The translations under genes and the position numbers were made by a program. The notes under the pieces were generated by a model, which saw only the letters and a program-made list of their open reading frames with translations, had not been told where the DNA came from and did no database searches. DNA of 63,040 nt from Thermoplasmatota archaeon (GTDB lineage Archaea; Thermoplasmatota; E2; DHVEG-1). The stretch covers positions 1-63,040 of the forward strand of contig JAFGDG010000111.1 of the NCBI GenBank assembly GCA_016932245.1, given 5' to 3'. Positions within the stretch are counted from its first letter, which is position 1, and the number at the start of each line of letters is the position of its first letter. Shown in pieces: positions 42,630-52,798 of this stretch.

Positions 42630-44264
42630 ATGGTTAAACATCTGCAGAAAAAAGATAGATATGAGGAATTGTACAAGAACTTCTCCTGGAATGTACCTAA
42701 ATATTTTAACTTTGGATTTGATGTTGTAGATAGATGGGCTGAAGATCGAACGAAACTGGCTCTCATCTCGATCGATCGCAGTGGTAAGCGGGATAGGTAT
42801 CATACGTTCCGTGATCTGTCTGTTGAGTCAAATCGATATGCCAATGCTCTGAGGCGGATAGGTGTCAAGAAAGGAGACCGCGTCCTGGTCATTCTCCAAA
42901 GCATTCCTGAATGGTATATTGCACTTATCGGCATGTTTAAACTTGGTGTTGTTCCCATGCCAGGAACCGTGCTTCTTACTGAAAAGGACGTAGAATATCG
43001 AGTAAACAGAGCAGAAGCCTGTATGATTTTCACTGACAAAGATCATGCTGATATTGTCGAGAAGATTAAATCAAAATGCCCTTCATTACAGCATCTTATG
43101 CTTGTTGATGGAACACGAGAGGGATGGTTGAATTATCAGGAAGAAATGGACAAATCATCCTATGAGCTTTCACAACAAGAGACCGGAAAAACGATTCCTT
43201 CAGACCCCATGCTTATCTATTTCACGTCGGGCACAACGGGACATCCAAAAATGGTGTTACACACACATAGCTATCCCTTGGGCCATGAAGTCACCGCACG
43301 CTTTGCGCAAGGACTGACAAAATGTGATTTGCATTGGACGGTCTCAGAAACAGGTTGGGCAAAAGCCGCATGGGGAAAGCTTTTCGGGCAAATGATTGTT
43401 GGTGCTGCCGTTATTCAATGGGAAACCCCTAGTCGCTTTGATGCCGACGGATTGCTGCGAGCTATGGAGCGCTATGGAGTAACCTCATTTTGCGCTCCGC
43501 CAACCGTGTACCGATTACTTATTCAGATGGACTTATCTAAGTATGATCTTAAGCTTAGACATTCCATGAGTGCAGGAGAGCCTCTCAATCCTGAGGTTAT
43601 TCGGGTCTGGAAAGGGGCGTTTGGGCTAGAAATCTATGACTTCTATGGCCAGACCGAAACGGTATGTGTTCTGTCCAACTATCCCTTTATGCCTATCAAA
43701 TATGGGTCGGTGGGAAAACCAACACCCGGCCATGATGTTCGTATTGTTGATGATGCAGGAAACGAACTCGGTCCCAATAAAGAAGGAAACATTGCCTTGT
43801 ATATTGGTGACCAGCGTCCACCAGGTCTCTTTAAAGAATATTGGAAAGACCCCGACATTATGAAAAAGGCATTTAGAAATAACGTTTATTACACGGGTGA
43901 TCGAGGGTACAAAGATGAAGATGGTTATTTCTGGTTTGTCGGTCGAGATGATGATGTCATAAAATCCTCAGGCTATCGAATAGGTCCTTTTGAGGTGGAA
44001 TCTGCTCTTATGGAACATTCTGCTGTTGCAGAATGTGCAGTGGTGGGTGCTGACGATCCCAAAGGAGTTCGTGGTATTGTGGTGAAAGCGTTTGTTGTGC
44101 TTGCCAAAGGATACAATCCCTCAGATGCACTGACCAAAGAGCTGCAAGAGCATGCAAAGAAGGTTACGGCACCTTATAAGTATCCGCGAATCATTGAGTA
44201 CGTTGAGGAGTTGCCAAAAACCATTTCTGGTAAAATATTGCGTCGAGAATTACGGAAACAATAA
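42630..44264 (+). CDS. AMP-forming medium-chain acyl-CoA synthetase (ACSM-like)
   Basis: YFTSGTTGHPKMV, YGQTET, YYTGDRGYKDEDGYFWFVGRDDDVIKSSGYRIGPFEVE, LPKTISGKILR. Confidence 0.85.
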   Translation: MVKHLQKKDRYEELYKNFSWNVPKYFNFGFDVVDRWAEDRTKLALISIDRSGKRDRYHTFRDLSVESNRYANALRRIGVKKGDRVLVILQSIPEWYIALIGMFKLGVVPMPGTVLLTEKDVEYRVNRAEACMIFTDKDHADIVEKIKSKCPSLQHLMLVDGTREGWLNYQEEMDKSSYELSQQETGKTIPSDPMLIYFTSGTTGHPKMVLHTHSYPLGHEVTARFAQGLTKCDLHWTVSETGWAKAAWGKLFGQMIVGAAVIQWETPSRFDADGLLRAMERYGVTSFCAPPTVYRLLIQMDLSKYDLKLRHSMSAGEPLNPEVIRVWKGAFGLEIYDFYGQTETVCVLSNYPFMPIKYGSVGKPTPGHDVRIVDDAGNELGPNKEGNIALYIGDQRPPGLFKEYWKDPDIMKKAFRNNVYYTGDRGYKDEDGYFWFVGRDDDVIKSSGYRIGPFEVESALMEHSAVAECAVVGADDPKGVRGIVVKAFVVLAKGYNPSDALTKELQEHAKKVTAPYKYPRIIEYVEELPKTISGKILRRELRKQ

Positions 44265-44270
44265 CATCAA

Positions 44271-44777
44271 CTACGACAACCACTGTTGTATGTGTGAAAG
44301 ACTTCTTTTCAACTGAGGAACATGATCAAATTTTGCTAGTTCACTAGGTTTGATCCATCTGTACTCAGTATGTTCCCAGTCAAGAGTGATAGTAGGTTTA
44401 TGGTTGAGTATAACAAGAACAGGATGAACGATCCATGTTTTTTTTGCCACTTCATCAGTAAAGGTGTAGGGTTCTCCCAGATGATATGAAGCAATATCGT
44501 TGTTGCCTATGCCCGTTTCCTCACGTAGTTCCTCGAGAATTTTCTCTTTCAATGGTTTTAGTTCATCAAGATATCCTGCAACCGTATTCCATTTTTGCTT
44601 GTACGTGCTCACCTTGGCACTTCGTTTCAGCAGCAGCATGCTCTGTTTGTAGCAAACAAAGATAGTAAGTACTGGTGCCGTATCAGCAGTGCAAAAGTCA
44701 ATTCTGCCATCAGGAAATGTCGGCAACGTTTGTTGGAATGAACGAAGAATACGATACACTTCTTCTTTGAAAACCAT
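44271..44777 (-). CDS. NUDIX hydrolase
   Basis: Nudix-box-like GYLDELKPLKEKILEELREETGI. The ATG at 44777 is preferred over the upstream TTG. Confidence 0.6.
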   Translation of the reverse strand: MVFKEEVYRILRSFQQTLPTFPDGRIDFCTADTAPVLTIFVCYKQSMLLLKRSAKVSTYKQKWNTVAGYLDELKPLKEKILEELREETGIGNNDIASYHLGEPYTFTDEVAKKTWIVHPVLVILNHKPTITLDWEHTEYRWIKPSELAKFDHVPQLKRSLSHIQQWLS

Positions 44778-44899
44778 CAATATAACAAATGGCAATATTC
44801 TTTTTTAAACCATCTGTTATGTGGGCCGTTACTTATTCAACACAAAAGTATAAATTCGTACAATTCATATGATACAAGTGTGTGAGGACGGGATGTAGA

Positions 44900-45097
44900 A
44901 TGGCCGCATGTGCAATATGTGGAAAAACGTTAGGATGGTTTGACAAGTATCAGTGCTATGACGAATCTGACATGTTGCTCACGATTTGTACCGACTGTAA
45001 AAAAAATACGTTTCCAGAACGTCAAATAGAAGCGCCAGAAAACCATCTGTTTGTATTTAATGCGTTTCCTTTCGGCAGGCCACCAAGGAAAGAATAG
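44900..45097 (+). CDS. small zinc-ribbon-like protein (65 aa)
   Basis: CAICG...CTDCKK pair of CxxC motifs. No family recognised. Confidence 0.3.
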   Translation: MAACAICGKTLGWFDKYQCYDESDMLLTICTDCKKNTFPERQIEAPENHLFVFNAFPFGRPPRKE

Positions 45098-45155
45098 TAT
45101 TATTCTTCTTCGATTACACATTCTGCCTTTTTTGGAAAAATGGCATACCGGATAT

Positions 45156-45293
45156 TTAAAGCAATGCGCAAGATCCACTCAACAAGTCTTCCCAAGAAAA
45201 ATGTGCTGCCCAATCAGAAAAATTGGTTATTTCCACAGATTCTCCTCCCCAACAGCTGATATTCTTCCACTCTTTATAAACATATAGTCTCAT
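45156..45293 (-). CDS. possible leaderless Trp-rich micro-ORF (45 aa)
   Basis: Hand translation: MRLYVYKEWKNISCWGGESVEITNFSDWAAHFSWEDLLSGSCALL. TTAAATAC lies ~30 nt upstream. A 7-bp-arm hairpin/palindrome (tgtctttctaaaagaca, 45298-45314) sits between the TATA and the ATG. Confidence 0.2.
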   Translation of the reverse strand: MRLYVYKEWKNISCWGGESVEITNFSDWAAHFSWEDLLSGSCALL

Positions 45294-45384
45294 GCATTGT
45301 CTTTCTAAAAGACAGCACCTGTATTTAACAAACTGAAACGCTTAAAAACAGGACAAGCATTTCCGTACCGGGGCGAGGCTAGAT

Positions 45385-45582
45385 ATGAGTATGAGTATAT
45401 GCAAAATAACAAGTGTACAGGCGAGACGTTATCTCCTGTTGGCTGTCTTGTTTGTAATGATATGGCTTGCTATACTGTTTACTCAACTCTTTGTACCCTA
45501 TAGTTTTCACATCATGGTTATGATGGGACTTGTATTTTCAACAAGATTGGGGGAATTTGTTAGAAAAAGCGTAAGGCAGTAA
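45385..45582 (+). CDS. small two-TM membrane protein candidate
   Basis: The hydrophobic segments LLLAVLFVMIWLAILFTQLFV and IMVMMGLVF. Weak evidence. Confidence 0.25.
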   Translation: MSMSICKITSVQARRYLLLAVLFVMIWLAILFTQLFVPYSFHIMVMMGLVFSTRLGEFVRKSVRQ

Positions 45583-45601
45583 AGGAAAAGAAAACACCTG
45601 C

Positions 45602-45694
45602 TTACGCACGTGTCTTTTTCTTTTGTTTTTCAAGTGTTGCTAAAAACGAGTCAATTTCCTCTATTGCGGCTTCATACTGTTTATCCATATCCAT
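45602..45694 (-). CDS. micro-ORF (30 aa, amphipathic helix) behind bipartite promoter copy 2
   Basis: Hand translation: MDMDKQYEAAIEEIDSFLATLEKQKKKTRA. The ATG is ~40 nt downstream of TTTAAATAG. A T-rich tract follows the stop. Confidence 0.25.
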   Translation of the reverse strand: MDMDKQYEAAIEEIDSFLATLEKQKKKTRA

Positions 45695-45728
45695 TGTACC
45701 ACCAGTGTCGTACGTTTTGTGAATACCT

Positions 45729-45760
45729 CTATTTAAAGGTATCTTGAAAAAATGTCAAAA
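45729..45760 (-). promoter_or_regulatory. bipartite promoter copy 2: TTTTGACA-N14-CTTTAAATA
   Basis: Plus strand reads ctatttaaag-gtatcttgaaaaaa-tgtcaaaa. The spacer is identical to copy 1 except for one base. TGATCAAAAT follows directly as a degenerate tandem repeat. Confidence 0.5.
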
Positions 45761-45802
45761 TGATCAAAATAAAAGATAATTGCTTTCCTGAGAAATGAAG
45801 GT

Positions 45803-46027
45803 TTATACTTTCTTGGTCATCAGCAGTTTAACCATCAGGCCAAAAATCATCAAATAACTCAGTAGAATCAGTCCACCGGCAAGTGCCCACATGCCAACAA
45901 AAATAATAATAAACCCAACCGTGCTGAGAACAAAGATAAGACTGACGATGATCTGTAGTTTTTGAAGGGTAGTCATGCCATTGAAGGTACTCATCTCGAT
46001 GATTTTTGACTCTTTTTTCTTTTGCAT
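45803..46027 (-). CDS. small two-TM membrane protein at the 3' end of the carboxylase operon
   Basis: MQKKKESKIIEMSTFNGMTTLQKLQIIVSLIFVLSTVGFIIIFVGMWALAGGLILLSYLMIFGLMV. GGTG lies 8 nt upstream of the ATG at 46027. An AT-rich TATA-like stretch lies in the 50-nt gap. Confidence 0.45.
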   Translation of the reverse strand: MQKKKESKIIEMSTFNGMTTLQKLQIIVSLIFVLSTVGFIIIFVGMWALAGGLILLSYLMIFGLMVKLLMTKKV

Positions 46028-46077
46028 GGTGTTACACCATTCAAATAATATATAATACAAAGTATATAAATATTGTC

Positions 46078-47685
46078 TTACATTCTAAAGACGCCTGGCT
46101 TCCAGTCGGGAATTGGTGCATTTAACGAGGCAGAGATACCCAATCCAAGAACCACGCGGGTGTCAATAGGATCAATGATGCCATCATCCCAGATACGTGC
46201 AGTACTGTAGTAGGGGTTTCCTTCGGTTTCATATTTATTTAATATGGGTTCAGTGATGGCCTTTTCTTCTTCTTTGGTAAGCTCTTTTCCCTTGCGCCAT
46301 AGTTGGTCCCGTTTGACCGTTAGCAGCACACCAGCTGCTTGTTCTCCACCCATAACTGATATACGGGCGTTGGGCCACATCCATAGTTGGCGTGGGTCAT
46401 AGGCGCGACCACACATACCATAATTACCAGCACCAAATGATCCACCGATAATAACGGTGAATTTTGGTACTTGTGCACAGGTAACAGCGGTTACCATTTT
46501 TGCCCCATCTTTAGCGATACCACCAGCCTCATACTTTCTACCAACCATGAACCCTGTAATATTTTGGAGAAATACGAGTGGAATTTTTCTCTGACCGCAG
46601 AGTTCGATGAAATGACTGCCTTTCAATGCAGATTCAGAAAATAATACCCCATTATTAGCAAGAATGCCAACAGGATATCCCATAATACGCGCAAAACCAC
46701 ATACCAGCGTTTCACCATAGAGCGCTTTGAATTCATGGAATTTAGACCCATCAATGATGCGAGCAATGATCTCACGAACCTCGAAAGGTTTTCGTGAGTC
46801 TTTAGAAATGACCCCATAGATTTCTTTGATGTCATAGGCAGGTTCTTCTGGTTTTGTAATATCAAGATATGTTTTTTCAGGTCGATTTAAATTTTCAACA
46901 ATATTGCGCGCGATATGAATAGCTTCAGGATCATCATGGGCATAGTGGTCTGAAACGCCACTCTGACGGCAATGAACATCGGCCCCGCCCAAATCTTCCG
47001 CAGACACCTCTTCCCCCGTAGCTGCTTTGACAAGTGGTGGCCCCCCAAGGAAAATAGTGCCCGTTCCTTTGACGATAATGGTTTCATCTGACATGGCAGG
47101 AACATAGGCACCACCTGCAGTACAGGAACCCATCACGACAGCAATTTGAGGGATTTCCTTTGATGACATCTTTGCCTGATTGTAAAAAATTCTTCCAAAA
47201 TGTTCTCGGTCAGGAAACACTTCGTCCTGCATGGGAAGAAATGCGCCGCCAGAATCGACTAGATAGATGCAGGGGAGATTATTTTTGAATGCAATATCTT
47301 GTGCGCGAAGATGCTTTTTTACGGTCATAGGATAGTATGTCCCACCGGTCACTGTTGCATCATTTGCGACAATGACGACTTCTTTACCATGAATGATACC
47401 AATGCCCGTGACAATGCCGGCACAAGGGGCACGATTATCGTACATACCATATCCTGCAAGATGGTTGAATTCCATAAAGGGGGTGTCGGGGTCAATCAAC
47501 GCTTCGATACGTTCACGGACCAGCATTTTGTTACGAGATTTATGGAGCTTGCTTTTTTCCTCTCCACCACCTTTCATAGCGACGGCAATTTTTTGTTTCA
47601 AATCCTTTACCATCTTTTCATAGTGCGTATAATTTGTTTTATACTCTTTACTTGAGGTATCAATATGACTTTCGATAACATCCAT
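46078..47685 (-). CDS. mccB: methylcrotonyl-CoA carboxylase carboxyltransferase (beta) subunit
   Basis: Very close to the MCCC2 pattern: [101 protein letters not shown]. Confidence 0.9.
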   Translation of the reverse strand: MDVIESHIDTSSKEYKTNYTHYEKMVKDLKQKIAVAMKGGGEEKSKLHKSRNKMLVRERIEALIDPDTPFMEFNHLAGYGMYDNRAPCAGIVTGIGIIHGKEVVIVANDATVTGGTYYPMTVKKHLRAQDIAFKNNLPCIYLVDSGGAFLPMQDEVFPDREHFGRIFYNQAKMSSKEIPQIAVVMGSCTAGGAYVPAMSDETIIVKGTGTIFLGGPPLVKAATGEEVSAEDLGGADVHCRQSGVSDHYAHDDPEAIHIARNIVENLNRPEKTYLDITKPEEPAYDIKEIYGVISKDSRKPFEVREIIARIIDGSKFHEFKALYGETLVCGFARIMGYPVGILANNGVLFSESALKGSHFIELCGQRKIPLVFLQNITGFMVGRKYEAGGIAKDGAKMVTAVTCAQVPKFTVIIGGSFGAGNYGMCGRAYDPRQLWMWPNARISVMGGEQAAGVLLTVKRDQLWRKGKELTKEEEKAITEPILNKYETEGNPYYSTARIWDDGIIDPIDTRVVLGLGISASLNAPIPDWKPGVFRM

Positions 47686-47689
47686 GGAT

Positions 47690-48187
47690 TTACTCTCCCT
47701 TTGCTTTGGTCATTTCAACGGTTTGTTGACCAATTTCAATTTGGTCCTTTTCCTTGAAATTAACCTTCTTAATGGTTCCAACATAAGGAGATCGAATGAG
47801 GTATTCCATTTTCATGGCTTCGATGACCATGATCACGTCTCCTTTCTTTACTTTCTTTCCTGGTTTCACTTTAACGGCGACTACCTTTCCAGAAATTGGC
47901 GAGGTCAGATCGCCCTCTTCCTTCTTTCTTGTTTTCTTTTTACCGGTAAGCTCAACGGGCCGGACTTTGAAGACCTCTCCGTCAACAAACACATACTTTT
48001 CTTTTTCCCCTTCAGTAATGACACATTTGATAGTCCGATCGCCAACCTGTAGCTTGAGATGCCCTTTTTCAAGTTCTGTTGCTTCGACAGTATATTCTGT
48101 ATTGTCATACATGATATAGTAGTGTTTTTGACGACGCTCGACGGTGACATTGTAGACATGATTTTCGTGTTCGTAGTTGATAAACAT
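47690..48187 (-). CDS. biotin carboxyl carrier protein with BT-domain-like N-terminal half
   Basis: Biotinylation motif [10 protein letters not shown] ~85-aa beta-rich N-terminal segment precedes a Lys-rich linker. Confidence 0.8.
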   Translation of the reverse strand: MFINYEHENHVYNVTVERRQKHYYIMYDNTEYTVEATELEKGHLKLQVGDRTIKCVITEGEKEKYVFVDGEVFKVRPVELTGKKKTRKKEEGDLTSPISGKVVAVKVKPGKKVKKGDVIMVIEAMKMEYLIRSPYVGTIKKVNFKEKDQIEIGQQTVEMTKAKGE

Positions 48188-48190
48188 TGC

Positions 48191-49693
48191 TTACACCCCT
48201 GCCCCCATACGCCATCGTCCCACATGTTTCCATGGGGAGTGGGGATCAACTTCTTTGTATCGTACCAGTTCTTGTTTTTTCGAATGCATTGCATCATAGA
48301 CGGCAAGTGCAATAACAGCATCAACAGGCAATCCTTCTTTTGCAACCGTCCAATCTTTAAAATAGTTATCAATAAAGTGTGTGGTGATGTGTCCTCTTCT
48401 AAACTCTTCATGATCTAACACTTTCTTGAGAAATGCAATATTGGTTGTTATCCCAAGAGCGACATAACGAGAGAGCGCCCAGATCATTTTGTTGATACTT
48501 TCATTACGATTTTCACTACTGACAATTAGTTTTGCAAGCATGGGGTCATAGTAGGGCGTGATTTCCATTCCTGGATACATTCCCGTGTCGTCCCGGATGT
48601 TTGGGCCGCTAGGGATGTCTATCTTTTTGAGCGTGCCAATGCTGGGTAGGAATCCATTTGATGGGTCTTCAGCATAAATTCGGCATTCAAGTGCATGCCC
48701 TCGTTGACTGAGCTGTTGCTGTTTGAGCGTCAACTCCATCCCACTAGCAATACGAAGTTGCCATTTTGCCAAATCAATACCTGTTGTTGCCTCCGTAATG
48801 GGATGTTCCACTTGAAGACGGGTGTTCATTTCCATAAAATAAAAATTGAGGTTGCCATCTACCATGAACTCAACGGTACCTGCATTTTCATATCCAACGG
48901 TTTGTGCTGCCACCACGGCTGCAGTACCCATCTTTTCCCTCAATTCTTTCGTCATCACTGGTGAAGGCGCTTCTTCAATAATCTTTTGATGTCGCCGCTG
49001 AATGGAACACTCTCGCTCAAATAAATGAATGACGTTGCCATGCTCATCAGCAAGAATTTGAAACTCAATATGTCGTGGTTTATCGAGATATTTTTCTAAA
49101 AACACCGTATCGTCACCAAACGCAGATTTTGATTCCCGTTTGGCACTTTCAATGGATTCTTCTAAAAATTCTTCTGATTGAACCAATTTCATGCCTTTGC
49201 CGCCACCGCCAGCAGCAGCTTTTACCAACAGCGGAAATCCAATCTTTTTCCCTTCTTTTACTAATGAAGACATATCTTGCTTTATCCCATGATATCCTGG
49301 AATCACCGGAACATTTGCTTTTTCCATAGTTTTTTTCGCTACGATTTTGTCGCCCATCAGACTGATAACTTTAGGAGAGGGGCCGATAAATTTAATGCCA
49401 ACATCTTCACATGAGTGGGCAAAATCAGGATTTTCTGCAAGAAATCCATACCCTGGATGAATGGCGTCTGCCCCGGTATCTTGTGCAAATTTGATGATTT
49501 TTGGAATATTCAAATAACTCTCGATAGGGGTAGGATCGCCAAGGTTTTTTGATTCATCAGCAAGCTGAACGTGCGGAGCGGCCTTGTCTACTTTTGAATA
49601 GATGGCAACAGTCTTGATGCCCATTTCTTGGCACGCTTTGATGATTCGTACAGCAATTTCTCCCCTATTTGCAATCAACACTTTCTTAAACAT
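48191..49693 (-). CDS. biotin carboxylase subunit (ATP-grasp) of acyl-CoA carboxylase
   Basis: KVLIANRGEIAVRIIKAC, GYGFLAEN, KAAAGGGGKGM, EMNTRLQVEHPITE. Confidence 0.9.
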   Translation of the reverse strand: MFKKVLIANRGEIAVRIIKACQEMGIKTVAIYSKVDKAAPHVQLADESKNLGDPTPIESYLNIPKIIKFAQDTGADAIHPGYGFLAENPDFAHSCEDVGIKFIGPSPKVISLMGDKIVAKKTMEKANVPVIPGYHGIKQDMSSLVKEGKKIGFPLLVKAAAGGGGKGMKLVQSEEFLEESIESAKRESKSAFGDDTVFLEKYLDKPRHIEFQILADEHGNVIHLFERECSIQRRHQKIIEEAPSPVMTKELREKMGTAAVVAAQTVGYENAGTVEFMVDGNLNFYFMEMNTRLQVEHPITEATTGIDLAKWQLRIASGMELTLKQQQLSQRGHALECRIYAEDPSNGFLPSIGTLKKIDIPSGPNIRDDTGMYPGMEITPYYDPMLAKLIVSSENRNESINKMIWALSRYVALGITTNIAFLKKVLDHEEFRRGHITTHFIDNYFKDWTVAKEGLPVDAVIALAVYDAMHSKKQELVRYKEVDPHSPWKHVGRWRMGAGV

Positions 49694-49696
49694 GTC

Positions 49697-50479
49697 CTAT
49701 TCGCTCCATGATGGCTTTCGTTTTTCAAGAAACGCGGAAATTCCTTCTTTCCCCTCTGTTGAAACACGAAGTTCAGCAATTTTTTTCACGGTAAATTCTT
49801 TAAAATCAGCTCTACTCATCTGTTCACACGCACTGACTAATTGTTTTGCTTCTTTGATTGCGTTTGGGCCTGACGAATGTAGATGGTCAACGTACGTTTG
49901 CACGACTTCATCAAGCTTCTCTTCGGGAACAACATAATCGAGCAACCCTGTCTCTTTTGCGTGTTCGGCGGTGAAACGTTCTCCAGTGATAAACAGTCGT
50001 TTCATATGTGCAAGGCCAATGCGTCTCACGACGTACGTTGATATGACTGAAGGAATGATTCCTAATTTTACTTCACTAAACGCAAATTTTTTTCCAGGAA
50101 CCCCGATCGTGATGTCACAGACTGCTACGAGTCCTAGTCCTCCACCAAAAGCGTGTCCATTGATTCTGCCGATAACTGGCTTGGGGCAGGTATAGATGGT
50201 CTCATATAAATCGAGCAGTAATCGACTGTCTTTGATATTCTCTTCTTTAGAATACGTAGCCATGCTTTTCATCCAATGAAGGTCAGCACCTGCGCAGAAA
50301 GATTTTCCTTCTCCTGTGAGAATGACGACTCGAACATGTTCATCTTTTGATAGTTCAGTAAAACAATTTGTCAGCTCTTTCATGAGCTGCTCGTTCATTG
50401 CATTGTGTACATCAGGTCTGTTGAGTGCGACAACGCATGATGTTTTTTCTTTATTGATTTTGATGGTTGTATAGTTCAT
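49697..50479 (-). CDS. enoyl-CoA hydratase, methylglutaconyl-CoA hydratase-like
   Basis: Crotonase motifs GEGKSFCAGADL and GHAFGGGLGL...FAFSEVKLGIIP. The ATG at 50479 has a GGGAGG SD. Operon context with the MCC subunits. Confidence 0.7.
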   Translation of the reverse strand: MNYTTIKINKEKTSCVVALNRPDVHNAMNEQLMKELTNCFTELSKDEHVRVVILTGEGKSFCAGADLHWMKSMATYSKEENIKDSRLLLDLYETIYTCPKPVIGRINGHAFGGGLGLVAVCDITIGVPGKKFAFSEVKLGIIPSVISTYVVRRIGLAHMKRLFITGERFTAEHAKETGLLDYVVPEEKLDEVVQTYVDHLHSSGPNAIKEAKQLVSACEQMSRADFKEFTVKKIAELRVSTEGKEGISAFLEKRKPSWSE

Positions 50480-50585
50480 GTTTCCTCCCGTTTTATACAT
50501 GAAATATTGAACCGGACGCAGCCTGACGATTATAGGCAAATTAGATAAACCTTTCTAAAGTTTTTACGACAATCGTCGATGGATA

Positions 50586-51368
50586 TTACTTTCCTGTAAA
50601 GGTTGGTTTTCGTTTCTCACTGAAGGCTGCTACTCCTTCTTCGAAATCTTTTGTTCCTGCGGCGTATGATGCAGTCTTGCTTTCCAATTCAAGATGAGTA
50701 GACATATCATTTTCCATACTTTTATTGATAAGCATTTTTGCTTTGCCTACTGCAATAGGTGGTAACATTCTAAATTTATTTGCAAACTCTTCGACGGTTT
50801 CATCCAATCTATCAGCATCAACAGTGACATTTACGATGCCAATCTCTTCACCCTTTTTTGCCGTGAACACTTTCGAGGTCAGAATATACTCGCACGCTCG
50901 TTGATACCCAACAATTTTGGTAAAAAACTGTGTGCCGCAACCAGGGGCAAGCCCGATACCAATAAACGCAGTTCCAAGCTTTGCTTTTTTATCTGCAATA
51001 ATAATGTCACAGGAAAGCACAAGCGACAATCCTGCACCAAAGGCGGCACCATTAACGGCGGCAATCACTGGTTTTTCCATGGTCCGTATTTCAATGACAC
51101 ATCGATGAATGCTGCGAGTTAAGTCACGTAAATATTGAGATTTGTTTGTGGCCGCATGCATTTCTTTGACGTCGCCACCCGCACAAAATCCTTTTCCCGT
51201 TCCTTTAATCACGACGGCTCTAATCTCCACATTCTTTTTGATGTCATGAAGGGCATGGTAGAGTTCTGATCCCAGTTTCATGTCAAACGAGTTTAATCGT
51301 TCTGGCCGATTAAGAAGAATGTAGGCAACCTTGTCTCTGATTTCTATTTGGAGGGTATCCTGTGGCAT
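50586..51368 (-). CDS. enoyl-CoA hydratase/isomerase family protein
   Basis: GTGKGFCAGGDV and GAAFGAGLSL crotonase-fold motifs. Confidence 0.8.
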   Translation of the reverse strand: MPQDTLQIEIRDKVAYILLNRPERLNSFDMKLGSELYHALHDIKKNVEIRAVVIKGTGKGFCAGGDVKEMHAATNKSQYLRDLTRSIHRCVIEIRTMEKPVIAAVNGAAFGAGLSLVLSCDIIIADKKAKLGTAFIGIGLAPGCGTQFFTKIVGYQRACEYILTSKVFTAKKGEEIGIVNVTVDADRLDETVEEFANKFRMLPPIAVGKAKMLINKSMENDMSTHLELESKTASYAAGTKDFEEGVAAFSEKRKPTFTGK

Positions 51369-51436
51369 AGGTCCCTTTGAATGGCGCCAGGGAATTTAAA
51401 TGTTAACCAAAAATCTATAAAGCCGGTGTTCATGCA

Positions 51437-52798
51437 ATGCTGCAGATGGACGAGACTACCATACTAGGGATATTGGTTTTTTATTTGGTCTCCGTTATTG
51501 CTGTTGGACTGTACTCCTCTCGCAAAATAAAATCGGTAAATGGTTTTTTTCTTGCTGAGCGAAGTCTTGGTCCCGGCATTCTCACGGCAACGCTTACTGC
51601 AACAGTTGTAGGAGGGTCAGCAACTATTGCCACTGCGGCATTGATTTACCGTTCTGGTTTACCCGGACTGTGGTTGGATATTGGCGGGGCAGTTGGATTA
51701 CTTGTTCTTGCCTTTTCATTAGCAAAACTCGTTCGAAAGACAGGCTTGTATACTCTCCCCGAAATCACCGGACATCTCTTTGATAAAAAAACAAGATTCG
51801 CAGCAGCTATCCTGATTTTATTGACACAAGTTGCATGGATTGCATTATTAATTCAAGGGACCAGCACCATCTTGTCTGTTCTTCTTCCCGTTGAATATGA
51901 GCTGCTGCTTGTTGGCATCACCCTGCTCTTTATTTTCTACACTATTGTTGGGGGTCAATTTGCAGTGGTATATACTGATATTATTCAATTTGTCATCATG
52001 ATTGTTGGCGTATGTCTTCTTGCTGCACCATTGCTGTTAATGGAGGCTTTGCCACATCTTTCTCGGCTTTCGCCCGAGCACTTGGCATTTCCCATAAACA
52101 GCAGTATTGGTATTCTTCCGATGGCCTCGTTCTTTTTTATGATGCTCATGCCACACATTGTTGGTCCAGATATTTATTCGAAATTACTTTCTGCAAAAGA
52201 TGAAAAAACGGCAAGAACAGGTGCGTTGTTTTCAGGAGTTTTCAAGTTGATATTTGCAATAGCAATTGGGGTTATTGCCATTTCAGCTTTTGTGTTGGTC
52301 CCGGGGCTTACTGCTCCTGAATCTGGCCAGGCATTGCCTCTTGCTATTACACAGTTGAATCCCCTTCTTGCAGGCGTCATTTTGGCAGCCTTTGTTTCAG
52401 TCATGTTGTCTTCTGCTGATTCCGTGTTAATTTCTGCAGGGACGGTGCTGAGCGTTGATATTGTACGAAAAAAGACTATCTTTGTTTCACGGATAGGCTT
52501 GCTTCTGATAGGACTATTGGCACTCATGCTAGCATTATATCTTAATGACATTATTGCTACTCTGAAGGTAGCGTATACCATTTTTACTGCAGGGCTAACA
52601 CTCCCGATTATCTTTGGATTTTACAAACAGAAAACAAAAGTTACTTCAACGGGTGCATTTCTAGCCCTTATCCTTGGAGGATCCATCTCCTTGTTCTGGC
52701 TTATGCTTGATTCTCCAGGTATAGATGCCGTGCTTGTTGGTCTTCTGGTGTCGTTGATTCCCTTGATTATTTTTAGAAAGCAACCATCATCTACCTAA
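51437..52798 (+). CDS. sodium:solute symporter family transporter
   Basis: About 12-13 TM segments. GGQFAVVYTDIIQFVIMIVG is typical of the SSF family. Confidence 0.8.
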   Translation: MLQMDETTILGILVFYLVSVIAVGLYSSRKIKSVNGFFLAERSLGPGILTATLTATVVGGSATIATAALIYRSGLPGLWLDIGGAVGLLVLAFSLAKLVRKTGLYTLPEITGHLFDKKTRFAAAILILLTQVAWIALLIQGTSTILSVLLPVEYELLLVGITLLFIFYTIVGGQFAVVYTDIIQFVIMIVGVCLLAAPLLLMEALPHLSRLSPEHLAFPINSSIGILPMASFFFMMLMPHIVGPDIYSKLLSAKDEKTARTGALFSGVFKLIFAIAIGVIAISAFVLVPGLTAPESGQALPLAITQLNPLLAGVILAAFVSVMLSSADSVLISAGTVLSVDIVRKKTIFVSRIGLLLIGLLALMLALYLNDIIATLKVAYTIFTAGLTLPIIFGFYKQKTKVTSTGAFLALILGGSISLFWLMLDSPGIDAVLVGLLVSLIPLIIFRKQPSST

